Counted from the stretch's first letter, positions 38,311-48,824 are shown. The stretch: DNA of 64,000 nucleotides from Candidatus Omnitrophota bacterium (GCA_028280285.1 JANQMA010000014.1:907-64906); one strand, 5' to 3'. The notes: generated from the letters alone by a model not told the origin. Made by a program: numbers and translations.

Positions 38311-40011
38311 ATGACTAAACAAAAAAGAAAATATTCCTCCAAAGTTGTTGACGGTTATGATCGCGCACCGAGCCGTTCGATGCTGCGTGCAGTCGGATTT
38401 AAAGACGCGGATTTCAAAAAACCGCAAATCGGTATTGCCTCAACATGGAGCATGGTAACACCCTGTAACATGCACATCGATGGCCTGGCTAAAAAATCAT
38501 GTAAGGGTGTTGATGCGGCTGGCGGTAAAGGTGTTATCTTTAATACCATCACAATCTCCGATGGTATTTCCATGGGTAGTGAAGGGATGAAGTATTCGCT
38601 TGTTTCACGCGAGGTCATCGCTGATTCTTTAGAAACAGTTGTTGGTTGTCAGGGATTTGACGGTGTTGTGGCGATCGGCGGCTGTGATAAAAATATGCCT
38701 GGGTGTCTCATTGGCATGGCGCGCTTAAACCGTCCGTCTGTTTTTGTTTATGGTGGGACAATTTTACCGGGGTGTATGACAGGTAAGGAAGTCGGTAAAA
38801 AACTGGACATTGTCTCTGTCTTTGAAGCTGTCGGAGCCTACTCAAATAAAAAGATCTCAAATAAAGAATTAAAAAAAGTTGAAACACTTTCTATTCCCGG
38901 TCCTGGTTCATGTGGTGGGATGTATACGGCTAACACCATGGCATCAGCCATTGAAGCGTTAGGTATGAGTTTGCCGGGATCATCCGCCCAAAATGCGATT
39001 TCGAAAGAAAAATCAAAAGACTGTGTTGAGGCTGGTAAGGCCGTTCTTAATTTACTTCAAAAAAATATTCGTCCGCGCGATATTATGACACGTAAGGCCT
39101 TTGAAAATGCGATTACAGTTGTCACAGCGCTTGCCGGTTCAACCAACGCGGTTTTGCATTTGCTTGCCATGGCGAACGCTTGCGGCGTTAATCTTTCGAT
39201 TGATGATTTTACGCGTATCGGTAAAAAGGTTCCTGTTTTAGGCGATTTGAAACCAAGCGGTAAGTATTTAATGTCGGAATTAATTGCCATCGGCGGTATT
39301 CAACCGCTTATGAAGATGCTTCTTAAAAAAGGATTACTTCATGGCGATTGCATGACGGTCACCGGCAAAACAATGGCCCAAAATCTAAAGAACGTTAAGC
39401 CGTATCCGGTTAAACAGGATATTATCCGCCCATTCGATGATCCGATCAAAAAGACCGGACACTTGGTTATTCTCTACGGTAACTTAGCTAAGACCGGGGC
39501 GGTGGCCAAAATCAGTGGCAAGGAAGGGTTGTTTTTTTCTGGCAAGGCGATCGTTTTTGAATCGGAGGAAACAGCACTTCAGGCGATCCTTTCCGGCAAA
39601 GTTAAGAAGGGGCATGTTGTTGTTGTGCGCTACGAAGGGCCGAAGGGCGGACCTGGTATGCGTGAGATGTTATCTCCCACATCAGCCATTATGCGTAAAG
39701 GTTTGGGTAAAGATGTTGCGCTTATTACTGACGGACGTTTTTCCGGTGGAAGCCACGGTTTTGTTGTCGGGCATGTGTCTCCTGAAGCTTATGATGGCGG
39801 AACGATCGCCATTATCAAAAATGGGGACCCGATTACCATTGATGCCAAGAAACAAAAAATCAATTTAGATATTCCGGCAACGGAAATTAAAAAACGCTTA
39901 AAAGCTTGGAAACGACCGAAATCAAAATATACTAAAGGAGTCCTTGCGAAATATCGTCATACAGTATCGTCTGCTCATCTTGGAGCAGTAACAGATTTGG
40001 ATTTAACATAA
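38311..40011 (+). CDS. ilvD: Dihydroxy-acid dehydratase
   Basis: TPCNMH, GGCDKNMPG, CGGMYTANTM, TDGRFSGG. Confidence 0.97.
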   Translation: MTKQKRKYSSKVVDGYDRAPSRSMLRAVGFKDADFKKPQIGIASTWSMVTPCNMHIDGLAKKSCKGVDAAGGKGVIFNTITISDGISMGSEGMKYSLVSREVIADSLETVVGCQGFDGVVAIGGCDKNMPGCLIGMARLNRPSVFVYGGTILPGCMTGKEVGKKLDIVSVFEAVGAYSNKKISNKELKKVETLSIPGPGSCGGMYTANTMASAIEALGMSLPGSSAQNAISKEKSKDCVEAGKAVLNLLQKNIRPRDIMTRKAFENAITVVTALAGSTNAVLHLLAMANACGVNLSIDDFTRIGKKVPVLGDLKPSGKYLMSELIAIGGIQPLMKMLLKKGLLHGDCMTVTGKTMAQNLKNVKPYPVKQDIIRPFDDPIKKTGHLVILYGNLAKTGAVAKISGKEGLFFSGKAIVFESEETALQAILSGKVKKGHVVVVRYEGPKGGPGMREMLSPTSAIMRKGLGKDVALITDGRFSGGSHGFVVGHVSPEAYDGGTIAIIKNGDPITIDAKKQKINLDIPATEIKKRLKAWKRPKSKYTKGVLAKYRHTVSSAHLGAVTDLDLT

Positions 40012-41093
40012 TGGCTGGAAATATTTACGGCGACATCTTTAAAGTCACAACCTTCGGTGAATCCCATGGACCGGCGATCGGATGCATTGTCGATGGTGTT
40101 CCACCGGGACTTGAACTATCTGAAAGCGATATTCAATATGATTTAGACCGCCGCAAGCCGGGCCAAAGTAAAATTACAACGCAAAGACAAGAGGCCGATG
40201 CCGTTGAAATCCTCTCAGGTGTGTTTGAGGGCAAAACAACAGGATGTTCGCTTGCGCTTCTGATTCGCAATAAAGACCACCGTTCCAAAGACTATTCCAA
40301 TATCAAAGACATTTTCCGTCCCGGGCATGCGGACTACACCTTTTTAAAGAAATACGGTCTGCGTGATTACCGTGGGGGTGGACGTTCTTCAGGACGCGAG
40401 ACCGCCGCTCGTGTTGCTGCCGGAGCGGTTGCCAAAAAAATTCTTCAAGTACACGGAATCAATATTATTGCTTATACAAAATCCGTCGGTGATGTTGAGG
40501 CCAAAAAGATTGATTATTCCGTCATCGAGCAAAATATTGTGCGTGCCCCTGATTTAAAGGCAGCCGATAAAATGATTGAAGTTATTGAAGCGGCCCGTAA
40601 GAATACCGATTCCATCGGTGGTGTTGTCGAAGCTGTGATCCATAAATGCCCACCGGGACTGGGCGATCCTGTCTTTGGTAAGCTCAATGCCAAACTATCG
40701 TACGGCCTGATGTCGATCGGTACTATCCGTGGCATAGAATTCGGCCTGGGTTTTGACGCCACCAAAATGCATGGCAGTGAGCACAATGATAAATTTTATA
40801 TGGATGGTGACCGTGTGCGCACAATGTCCAATAATGCCTCCGGCATGCTCGGTGGTATTTCTAACGGCGAGGATATTATCCTGCGTGTTGCCGTTAAGCC
40901 GCCTTCATCGATTGCTCAGACACAGCAAACAGTCAGCATTGATGGGAAAGATACAACGTGCGAGGTAAAGGGAAGGCACGATCCTTGTATTTGCCCACGG
41001 GTGGTTCCTGTGGTTGAATCGATGATTGCACTTACGGTCGTTGATTGTTTGATGCTTCATAAAGCCATTCAATTACCCGACACTGATGACTAA
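40011..41093 (+). CDS. aroC: Chorismate synthase
   Basis: FGESHG, RPGHAD, GGGRSSGRET, GRHDPC. Confidence 0.97.
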   Translation: MAGNIYGDIFKVTTFGESHGPAIGCIVDGVPPGLELSESDIQYDLDRRKPGQSKITTQRQEADAVEILSGVFEGKTTGCSLALLIRNKDHRSKDYSNIKDIFRPGHADYTFLKKYGLRDYRGGGRSSGRETAARVAAGAVAKKILQVHGINIIAYTKSVGDVEAKKIDYSVIEQNIVRAPDLKAADKMIEVIEAARKNTDSIGGVVEAVIHKCPPGLGDPVFGKLNAKLSYGLMSIGTIRGIEFGLGFDATKMHGSEHNDKFYMDGDRVRTMSNNASGMLGGISNGEDIILRVAVKPPSSIAQTQQTVSIDGKDTTCEVKGRHDPCICPRVVPVVESMIALTVVDCLMLHKAIQLPDTDD

Positions 41094-41952
41094 TTCCAAT
41101 AAAAAAACGGTTTTGATTACAGGCTGCTCCAGCGGTTTTGGATTTGTAACGGCCGTTCATTTAGCCCGCGCAGGTTATGATGTGATTGCCACTATGCGCA
41201 ATTTAGATAAACAAAACCCGCTGATCAATGAGCTTCATTTACATAACGTCGATGCAAAAATCAAACAATTAGATGTCACTGATAAAACTTCTGTTCAAAA
41301 GTGTATCGATGAAATAGCCGAAGAGAGAGGGTATATTGATATCCTTATCAATAATGCCGGTGGGGTTATGGCCGGATCATTCGAAGATTTGACCGATGAA
41401 GAGATACGTGGACAGTTAGAAGTAAATTTTTTTGGCGTGCAAAATGTCACACGAGCCTGTATCCCGCTTATGCGTCAGCGGCCAGGCACGAAGATTATCA
41501 ATATATCCAGTGTTTCAGGATTTTCCGCAACACCGTGCTTAGGCGCTTACTCGACGTCCAAATGGGCGCTGGAGGCGTTTTCAGAAAGTCTTCGTTATGA
41601 ACTCAAACAATTTGATATTGATGTTTTACTTGTTCAACCTGGTTCTTACATAACCAAAATCTTTACAGAGAACGCACGTACCGCACAAAAATTCAAATCC
41701 CCGGATAGTCCGTATACAAAGACATCAATACTTTTAGAAAATCGTATCAATGATATCTTAAAAGATAATAAAAAAGATATCAGTGAAATACCGGAGTTAA
41801 TTGAAAAGTTAATTGTGCAAAAAAGACCAAAGTTTCGTAATATTCCGGATTTGGAAAGTAAAATTCAATACACGCTGCGCAAATTCTTTCCCTATAGCTG
41901 GTATGAAGCCATTGTCAGCCAAGTCTTAAATCTCAGATCCTTAAAGAAATAA
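41086..41952 (+). CDS. SDR family oxidoreductase
   Basis: TGCSSGFG, NNAG, YSTSK. Confidence 0.9.
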   Translation: MTNSNKKTVLITGCSSGFGFVTAVHLARAGYDVIATMRNLDKQNPLINELHLHNVDAKIKQLDVTDKTSVQKCIDEIAEERGYIDILINNAGGVMAGSFEDLTDEEIRGQLEVNFFGVQNVTRACIPLMRQRPGTKIINISSVSGFSATPCLGAYSTSKWALEAFSESLRYELKQFDIDVLLVQPGSYITKIFTENARTAQKFKSPDSPYTKTSILLENRINDILKDNKKDISEIPELIEKLIVQKRPKFRNIPDLESKIQYTLRKFFPYSWYEAIVSQVLNLRSLKK

Positions 41953-42004
41953 GGTTTTAGGTGTTGGGTGTTAGTCGACTAAAAACCCAAAACCTTACAC
42001 CTTA
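41952..42004. repeat. Heptamer-repeat palindrome between convergent genes (AGGTTTT family)
   Basis: aggtttt aggtgtt gggtgtt agtcgact aaaaccc aaaacct tacacct. Confidence 0.8.
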
Positions 42005-42013
42005 AGCCTTTTT

Positions 42014-42676
42014 TTACAGCATGAAACCCATACGTTGGACAAGAAAATCTTCCTCAGAGTCGGCTTGCAGGTAAGGATTAGTTTGTTTTTGATCGCCCAG
42101 TGTAGCATAGGGGGTAGAACCATAATTGTGCCCGGGGAAAAGAATAAGATCATCGGGAAGTTTGAGGATAACATCATAAAGCGAATGATACATTTGTTTA
42201 GGGTTTGAGCCCGGCAAATCCGCACGTCCGCAACCGTCGATAAAAATGGCATCACCGGCAATACACGCATTCTTATAAATAAAAAGCTGACAGCCCGGTG
42301 AATGGCCCGGCACATGCATACAGGTTAATTCAATGCCACCGATCATAACTTTACCGCCATCATCGACCTTATTCATTTGGTTATAGCGCGGAACCTTTCC
42401 ATAATCATCGGTTTCATGCACAGAGACATAAGCGTCAACTGGATAACGGTCCGTCATTTCATCAAAACCTTGGATATGATCGGGATGGCAATGAGTGAGA
42501 AGTACGGCAACGATTTTGTAACCCTTTTTTTCCGCCTCACGGCAAAGAAAATCGACATCCCAGGCCGGATCGACAACAGCGATTTCACTCGTCCGTTTAT
42601 CCCCAATAAAATAGATAAAATTATTGAGCGGACCGATTTCCTTTTGTTCTAGAATTAATTCTTCCGGAAGATTCAT
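42014..42676 (-). CDS. MBL-fold metallo-hydrolase (glyoxalase II-like)
   Basis: THCHPDH, PGHSPG, GDAIF, GRADL, FPGH. Start chosen downstream of the predicted -10 element. Confidence 0.85.
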   Translation of the reverse strand: MNLPEELILEQKEIGPLNNFIYFIGDKRTSEIAVVDPAWDVDFLCREAEKKGYKIVAVLLTHCHPDHIQGFDEMTDRYPVDAYVSVHETDDYGKVPRYNQMNKVDDGGKVMIGGIELTCMHVPGHSPGCQLFIYKNACIAGDAIFIDGCGRADLPGSNPKQMYHSLYDVILKLPDDLILFPGHNYGSTPYATLGDQKQTNPYLQADSEEDFLVQRMGFML

Positions 42677-42686
42677 AGTAATCATC

Positions 42687-42725
42687 ATTATAGTGTATTG
42701 ACAGAATATTGTCACTCTCTATAAT
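42687..42725. promoter_or_regulatory. Overlapping divergent sigma70 promoters
   Basis: Plus strand: TTGACA 42698-42703, 16 nt, TATAAT 42720-42725. Minus strand: GTGACA 42715-42710, 17 nt, TATAAT 42692-42687. Confidence 0.6.
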
Positions 42726-42740
42726 AGGAAAAGACATAGC

Positions 42741-42796
42741 GTAGGGGACGCTCGCGAGCGTCCCTCAAATTAGGGCCGTTCACGAACGGCCCCTAC
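42741..42796. repeat. Inverted pair of GTAG-type REP elements (REPIN-like doublet)
   Basis: GTAG-gggacgctcgcgagcgtccct ... agggccgttcacgaacggccc-CTAC. Confidence 0.7.
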
Positions 42797-42834
42797 TATT
42801 ATCCATGCTATTTAATATTTAACAAAGGACTCCC

Positions 42835-43386
42835 ATGGCCCTCATTGAATCGATATCTATTCCGCTTGGCACCACAATGCCACACTTCAAGCTAAATGAT
42901 GCCAACGGAACAAGTTTTGACAGTGATGATCTATTTATCGACAGTAAAGGACTTTTAGTCGCTTTCACCTGTAATCATTGTCCGTATGCTATCGCGGTCT
43001 GGCCGCGATTAATTGATCTAGCTGAACATGCCCAAGAGCTTGATATTGCCACCGTTGCCATTAACCCAAATATCAATCCAGATTACTCCGAGGATTCTGC
43101 CGAAAAAATGGCTGAAAAAGTAGACGAATGGGATATGGGGCTTCCATATTTAGTGGATCAAGAGCAATCAACCGCCAAGGCCTTCAAGGCCCAATGCACG
43201 CCTGACATCTATCTTTTTGATGCTAATCAAAAACTGGTCTACCATGGCCGCATTGATGATAATTGGAAAGACCCATCCAAGGTGACGAAAGAGGAACTCA
43301 AGGAGGCCATCAATGCTTTAGCCGCCGGCACAGACATCAACCCCGACCAAAAACCCACTATGGGTTGCTCGATTAAATGGTGTTAA
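42835..43386 (+). CDS. Thioredoxin-like / AhpC-TSA family protein
   Basis: CNHCPY, AQCTPD, YHGRIDD, GCSIKW. Confidence 0.9.
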   Translation: MALIESISIPLGTTMPHFKLNDANGTSFDSDDLFIDSKGLLVAFTCNHCPYAIAVWPRLIDLAEHAQELDIATVAINPNINPDYSEDSAEKMAEKVDEWDMGLPYLVDQEQSTAKAFKAQCTPDIYLFDANQKLVYHGRIDDNWKDPSKVTKEELKEAINALAAGTDINPDQKPTMGCSIKWC

Positions 43387-43398
43387 AAAGGAGTAAAA

Positions 43399-43776
43399 AT
43401 GACAGTTACAGAAGAAAACATCGCCGCATTATTTGACCGTTGGAATGAATCTTTGCAAACAGGAAACCCTGCGAAAGTGGTCGATAATTATGCAGAGCGC
43501 TCTATTTTGCTGCCAACCGTTTCGAATAAACCACGCTTAACGCGCGCGGAAAAAGAAGATTATTTCGTTCACTTTTTAGCGAACTCACCCTCGGGAACGA
43601 TTGACATGCGTCATATTGATATCAACGGTGATGTGGCCGTTGATTCCGGGCTTTACTCATTTACCTTTGCTAAGACAGGGGATGTGGTTAAAGCGCGTTA
43701 TACGTTTGTTTATCAGTGGGATGGCGAACAATGGCTTATTATTAGTCATCACTCTTCAGGCATGCCGGAAGGTTAA
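43399..43776 (+). CDS. COG4875 SnoaL-like protein, probable iota-class carbonic anhydrase
   Basis: [21 protein letters not shown]-terminal HHSSGMP. Confidence 0.75.
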   Translation: MTVTEENIAALFDRWNESLQTGNPAKVVDNYAERSILLPTVSNKPRLTRAEKEDYFVHFLANSPSGTIDMRHIDINGDVAVDSGLYSFTFAKTGDVVKARYTFVYQWDGEQWLIISHHSSGMPEG

Positions 43777-44258
43777 AAATCAATTCTGATATGCGTGCTT
43801 TTTGTTTCGAGTTTACGGTGTGTAACGCCTGCCATGTCCAACATTTTCTTTGAGGCAATGTCGGTTGGTGTGCCGTTATATTTATCCGAGAGATAAACGA
43901 CTTCACTGATACCGGATTGAATAATCAATTTCGTACATTCATTGCACGGAAATAAGGCCACATAGATGCGGGCGCCTTTAAGACTCTGTACAGAGTTAAG
44001 AATGGCATTCGCTTCGGCATGAACAACGTAAGGATATTTTGTGTCATTTGTGTCTTCGGCCTCCCGTCCCCAAGGGAGATCCTCATCGGAACATCCGCGA
44101 GGAAATCCATTATACCCTATCCCGACAATCCGATTGTCCTGATTGACAATGCAAGCACCAACCTGGGTACTAGGATCTTTGCTGCGATGAGCAGAGAGAA
44201 GGGCAATGCCCATAAAGTATTCATCCCAACCAATATAATCTGTACGTTTTGTTTCCAT
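43773..44258 (-). CDS. dCMP deaminase
   Basis: [23 protein letters not shown]. Confidence 0.92.
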   Translation of the reverse strand: METKRTDYIGWDEYFMGIALLSAHRSKDPSTQVGACIVNQDNRIVGIGYNGFPRGCSDEDLPWGREAEDTNDTKYPYVVHAEANAILNSVQSLKGARIYVALFPCNECTKLIIQSGISEVVYLSDKYNGTPTDIASKKMLDMAGVTHRKLETKSTHIRIDF

Positions 44259-44343
44259 GGTTTAAGTTATCCTTTCTTAAAGAGGTATTTAAGCTAGCAT
44301 ACTTGCGGTAAGTAATCAACTATTACAAGTGTTGATTGTTTTT

Positions 44344-44411
44344 AGATAGAAAAAATTTCCATTTGACAAAACCACATGGGTGTGGATAATAAACAGAAAA
44401 ATTTTCTATTT
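44344..44411 (+). promoter_or_regulatory. Promoter flanked by two 21-bp palindromic Fur-family (probably Zur) boxes
   Basis: agatagaaaaaatttccattt (44344-44364) and aaacagaaaaattttctattt (44391-44411); TTGACA at 44363, GATAAT at 44385. Confidence 0.65.
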
Positions 44412-44415
44412 ACCT

Positions 44416-44826
44416 ATGAGTGATTACTTATCAAAATTGAGAGAAAACGGTCTTAAGGTAACCCCTAAACGCTTGGCAATTATAGACTTTTTTGCCGAGA
44501 AAAATTGTGCGCTTACCCCCGAAGAAGTGTGGGTGCCACTGAAAAAAAAATTTGGCCAATTAGGTTTGCCAAGTGTCTATCGTAATCTTGAGGCACTTGC
44601 GGACTGTGGTATTTTAACGCGGATTCATCAATTTGATAATAAGCGTCATTATGCGCTTTGCCCTTGCAATCCATATCATAATTATCACATTGTATGTAGT
44701 GAATGTGGGAAGGTGGAGCAAGTTGAAGACAACCTTTTAGAAGGACTGACGGAGGTCAAAGGGTTTAAGGTACTGAATCATTTTCTACAATTAGAAGGGA
44801 TCTGTGAAACATGCGAAAAGAATTAA
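44416..44826 (+). CDS. zur: Fur-family regulator, probably Zur
   Basis: GLKVTPKR, SVYRNL, HIVCSECG, GICETC; heads the znu operon. Confidence 0.8.
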   Translation: MSDYLSKLRENGLKVTPKRLAIIDFFAEKNCALTPEEVWVPLKKKFGQLGLPSVYRNLEALADCGILTRIHQFDNKRHYALCPCNPYHNYHIVCSECGKVEQVEDNLLEGLTEVKGFKVLNHFLQLEGICETCEKN

Positions 44827-45701
44827 TGAGATCAATTAAACTAACGCTATTAGTTTTTATTAGTTTGCTTACCGGTGTTCAGGGTGTTCATGCCAATGAA
44901 ACTGTGAAAGTGGCCACAACCATCCTGCCAATCAAAAATTTTGTTGAAAAAGTAGGCGGCGATAAGGTCGAAGCGTTCTCACTTATTCCTCCAGGGGGTA
45001 ACCCGCATACGTATGAACCAACGCCTGGTCAAATGAAGAAATTCTCAGAGGTAGATCTTTTTGTCAAACTAAGTATGCATTTTGAATTTGAAGAAACATG
45101 GATTCCAAAGCTTGAAAAACTTAATAAAAAAGTAAAAACTGTTAATTCCTCTAGAAATATCACACCAATTCCAATGATTGAAGGTGGACATCATGATCAT
45201 CACGATCACCATGATCACGGGCAGTGGGATCCGCACACATGGGTATCTATTAAAAACGCAATGGTTATAGCTTCAACAATTAAGGATGCCTTAGTCGATC
45301 ATGATCCGGCCAATGCAGACTATTATAGAGAAAATGCGCAAAACTTTTTGATTGAACTTGACGATCTTCATCAAGAAATTAAACAAAGTCTAAATGATAA
45401 AAAACAACGGGCCATTTTTATTTATCATCCTGCTTGGGGATATTTTGCCCATGATTATGGTTTAGAACAAGTTGTGATCGAGCAACATGGTAAAGAACCT
45501 TCGGCTAAAGATTTGGCTCGTTTTGTCAAACAAGCGAATGACAGGGGAATTAAAGCAATTTTTACATCTCCGGAGTTTAGTGATAAAAGCGCAAAAGTTA
45601 TTGCGAGTGAAATTGGCGGAAGGGTAGTTTCGATTGACCATTTAGGTGAAAACTTTGTGAGTAATATGCGTGAAGCAGGAAAAGCTTTTCAAGCTAATTG
45701 A
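44826..45701 (+). CDS. znuA: Zinc ABC transporter substrate-binding protein
   Basis: NPHTYEP, His-rich loop, DPHTW, YHPAWGYF. Confidence 0.88.
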   Translation: MRSIKLTLLVFISLLTGVQGVHANETVKVATTILPIKNFVEKVGGDKVEAFSLIPPGGNPHTYEPTPGQMKKFSEVDLFVKLSMHFEFEETWIPKLEKLNKKVKTVNSSRNITPIPMIEGGHHDHHDHHDHGQWDPHTWVSIKNAMVIASTIKDALVDHDPANADYYRENAQNFLIELDDLHQEIKQSLNDKKQRAIFIYHPAWGYFAHDYGLEQVVIEQHGKEPSAKDLARFVKQANDRGIKAIFTSPEFSDKSAKVIASEIGGRVVSIDHLGENFVSNMREAGKAFQAN

Positions 45702-45709
45702 TTTTTTAT

Positions 45710-46441
45710 ATGGATACTTGCGTGGCAGTTCAAAATGTTTCTTTTTCTTATGGAAATGTACAGGTTATTCACAATGTGAATCTGGATATTAAGGAAAAAG
45801 ATTTTTTAGGAATTATCGGTCCAAATGGTGGTGGTAAAACAACGTTGCTCAAAATTATACTTGGTTTACTTAAACCTACACAAGGTGATGTGACTGTATT
45901 TGGTCAGTCACCTGTTGAAGGCCGGCGAGAAATCGGTTATATTCCTCAAATCATGAACTTTGATCGTAATTTTCCGATAAGTGTGCGTGATGTTGTGTTG
46001 ATGGGATGTATGCCGCGCCGTGGGATTATGAAACGATGTACTTCGCAATGTTATAATCAATCGACCGAAGTACTAAAGAGTGTTGATATGCTTAATTATG
46101 CGGATCATCCAATGGGTCAATTATCGCAAGGCCAGCAACAACGTGTGTTTATTGCGCGGGCGCTTGCGGGTAATCCAAAGTTGCTTTTAATGGATGAGCC
46201 AACGGCGAGTGTTGATCCAACGATTCAATCAAATTTTTATTCTTTATTAGTTAAGCTTAATAAAGATATTCCGGTTGTTTTGGTTTCGCACGATATCGGC
46301 GTTATATCAGCGTATGTTACAAAGATTGCATGTTTAAATCGCGAATTGTATTATCATGATGCGAAAGAAATTACCGAAGAAGATTTTCAAAAAGTGTATG
46401 GTGCTTCGCATCGTTTTTTAAAGGAGCATAAACATGGTTGA
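45710..46441 (+). CDS. znuC: Zinc ABC transporter ATP-binding protein
   Basis: GPNGGGKT, LSQGQQQR, MDEP. Confidence 0.88.
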   Translation: MDTCVAVQNVSFSYGNVQVIHNVNLDIKEKDFLGIIGPNGGGKTTLLKIILGLLKPTQGDVTVFGQSPVEGRREIGYIPQIMNFDRNFPISVRDVVLMGCMPRRGIMKRCTSQCYNQSTEVLKSVDMLNYADHPMGQLSQGQQQRVFIARALAGNPKLLLMDEPTASVDPTIQSNFYSLLVKLNKDIPVVLVSHDIGVISAYVTKIACLNRELYYHDAKEITEEDFQKVYGASHRFLKEHKHG

Positions 46442-47234
46442 GCTGCTTCAATTTGAGTTTATGCAAAATGCGTTTCTTGCGGCTATCCTGACAAGCATTG
46501 TTTGCGGTGTTATCGGAAGCTTTGTTGTGATTCGCCGCCTTGTATTTATTAGTAGTGGGATTGCGCATGCGGCGTTCGGAGGCATAGGGATTGGTTATTA
46601 TTTAGGAATTAATCCCTTGCTTGGCATTTTACCTTTTAGTTTACTCTCTGCACTAGGCATTGGAGTGATTAGCCAAAGAAAGTGGGCGTCGGAAGATAGT
46701 CTTATCGGGATTTTCTGGGCGGTGGGAATGTCGATCGGTGTGATTTTTATCGGGCTCACGCCGGGTTATGCGCCTGATTTATTTAGCTATTTATTTGGAA
46801 GTATTTTGACAGTTCCACGTTCAGATCTTTTTGTTATGAGTGGTTTGTGTGTCAGTGTGCTGCTAGTTGTTTATGCGTTCTATCGTCCTTTTGTGGCAAT
46901 GTGTTTTGAAGAAGAGTCAGCGCAAGTTTTAGGTATTCCCGTTGGTATTTTGTATCTTGTTTTATTATGTCTTATTGCCGTTGCTGTTGTGATTATGGTA
47001 AGGATCGTTGGTATTGTTCTTGTGATTGCGCTTTTAACCATTCCAGCGACGATTGCCCGGCAGTATACGCATAATCTTAAACGTATGATGTTACTCGCGA
47101 TTGCGATCGGCATTGGATGTACCTTTGGAGGGCTGTATTTGTCTTACAAGTTTGATTTGGCTTCAGGGGCTACAATTATTGTGGTTTCTGGTTTGGCGTT
47201 TATTATGTCAGTACTTGTGCCCAAAAAGGGATAA
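46434..47234 (+). CDS. znuB: Zinc ABC transporter permease
   Basis: GIAHAAFGG, SYLFGSIL, ABC-3 pattern. Confidence 0.88.
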   Translation: MVELLQFEFMQNAFLAAILTSIVCGVIGSFVVIRRLVFISSGIAHAAFGGIGIGYYLGINPLLGILPFSLLSALGIGVISQRKWASEDSLIGIFWAVGMSIGVIFIGLTPGYAPDLFSYLFGSILTVPRSDLFVMSGLCVSVLLVVYAFYRPFVAMCFEEESAQVLGIPVGILYLVLLCLIAVAVVIMVRIVGIVLVIALLTIPATIARQYTHNLKRMMLLAIAIGIGCTFGGLYLSYKFDLASGATIIVVSGLAFIMSVLVPKKG

Positions 47235-47269
47235 ACTTTTTAAATTATAAATGAAAGAATATATTAAAA

Positions 47270-48385
47270 ATGAAACATGATGTTGTCATTATAGGCGCCG
47301 GAGCGGCAGGCGTAGGGATCGCTGCTATGCTTAAGGATTTGGGTGTGGAAGATATGCTCATTCTTGAACGGGACATTGTTGGCGCAACGTTCGATAAATG
47401 GCCGAAAGAAATGCAGCTGATCACGCCCTCGTTTACAACGAACTTCTATGGTCATCTTGATTTAAATGCCATTGCATCCGGAACATCTCCTGCGTTTACG
47501 CTACGCAAGGAACATCCAACCGGTCGAGAATATGCAAAATATTTAAGGGGGGTATCAGAATATTATGACTTGGATGTTAAGGGGAATACAAATGTCAGTG
47601 CAGTGACGTATTCTGATAACTCTTTTAAAATAGATATCGGTGAAGATAAGCCGATGGAGTCCCGTTTTGTGATTTGGGCCGCTGGTGAATTTCAGTATCC
47701 CAATACAAGCTCTTTTCCAGGCGCTGAATTGTGTTTGCATAACAGTTTGGTTGCCAGTTGGAAACAGATTAAAGGTGATGATATTTATATTATTGGTGGT
47801 TATGAAAGTGGCATTGATGCGGCCGTCCATTTAAGCCGGTTAGGTAAAAAGGTTTATGTGTTAGACGGTGATGCGCGCTGGAATAAAAAAACCACAGACC
47901 CCAGTGAGAATTTATCACCTTTTACCATGGAGAGATTAAAAGAAGAGCTGAAACATGGACGGATTGAACTCATTGGGGGTTCAAAGATTAAAGCTATTCG
48001 CCGTGAAGATGATCAGTATGTGATTGATGTTCAGAGAAAAGCTACCTCTTATCACAGCCAAGCACAACCTATTTTAGCGACAGGATTCAAAAGTAGTCTG
48101 ACGCTGATTAACAATCTGTTTGATTGGGAAGAGGAAGAATCATATGCGCTGCTTACGGAGGAGGATGAATCCACTAAAACACCTGGATTGTTTCTCGTTG
48201 GGCCGCAAGTGCGTCACGATGATCTTATTTTTTGTTTTATTTATAAATACCGCCAACGCTTTGGCGTGGTTGCCAATGCGATTGGAGAAAGATTAGGAAT
48301 GGATACAACAATGCTTGAGATATATAGAAGAGAAGGACTCTACTTAGATGACTTGAGCTGTTGTGGAGAGGAGTGTATTTGCTAA
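47270..48385 (+). CDS. NAD(P)/FAD-dependent oxidoreductase with Cys-rich tail
   Basis: GAGAAG, IGGYESGIDAA, FCFIYKYRQRF, DDLSCCGEECIC. Confidence 0.85.
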   Translation: MKHDVVIIGAGAAGVGIAAMLKDLGVEDMLILERDIVGATFDKWPKEMQLITPSFTTNFYGHLDLNAIASGTSPAFTLRKEHPTGREYAKYLRGVSEYYDLDVKGNTNVSAVTYSDNSFKIDIGEDKPMESRFVIWAAGEFQYPNTSSFPGAELCLHNSLVASWKQIKGDDIYIIGGYESGIDAAVHLSRLGKKVYVLDGDARWNKKTTDPSENLSPFTMERLKEELKHGRIELIGGSKIKAIRREDDQYVIDVQRKATSYHSQAQPILATGFKSSLTLINNLFDWEEEESYALLTEEDESTKTPGLFLVGPQVRHDDLIFCFIYKYRQRFGVVANAIGERLGMDTTMLEIYRREGLYLDDLSCCGEECIC

Positions 48386-48573
48386 TGAGTGAAGAATTAA
48401 TTCAAGGAAAAGTTAAATCTAAAATATGCTTGGCGTGGTTGTTTCAGCTTATAGCGAGTTTATCGTGGATGATCTCTGTTTTTGTCTATGGATCCTATGA
48501 GCTGGGAGACTGCTTACAATTGTTAGCGGCATCTGCGTGGACTGTATCTAATGTAATAAGTTTTTTTCAATAG
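48385..48573 (+). CDS. Small membrane protein
   Basis: Two hydrophobic helices; TAATG coupling. Confidence 0.55.
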   Translation: MSEELIQGKVKSKICLAWLFQLIASLSWMISVFVYGSYELGDCLQLLAASAWTVSNVISFFQ

Positions 48574-48594
48574 ATAACTTAAGGAAAGAAATTA

Positions 48595-48810
48595 ATGACA
48601 GAAATAGATATTCCTAATACATACGAAGAATGGCTGAATTTATTGAAGTCTCATGCCAATGACGTTTTATCGAGAGAAAGAATTGATAAAAGAATTAAAG
48701 AATTGAGTAATCTCAACAATACAGAAACCATACAATTCTGTAACCTTTACGGGGATGAACATCGACAGAGGGTTATAGAATGGTTTAAGCGTGCCGCAGA
48801 AGAGTTGTAA
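48595..48810 (+). CDS. Hypothetical protein
   Basis: AAGGA SD; lies within the operon. Confidence 0.6.
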   Translation: MTEIDIPNTYEEWLNLLKSHANDVLSRERIDKRIKELSNLNNTETIQFCNLYGDEHRQRVIEWFKRAAEEL

Positions 48811-48824
48811 AATAGAGATTAAAG

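Noticed and set aside
41995-42315. 106-aa ORF overlapping the MBL hydrolase
   Set aside because: Alternate frame of a well-supported gene, with no recognisable motif.
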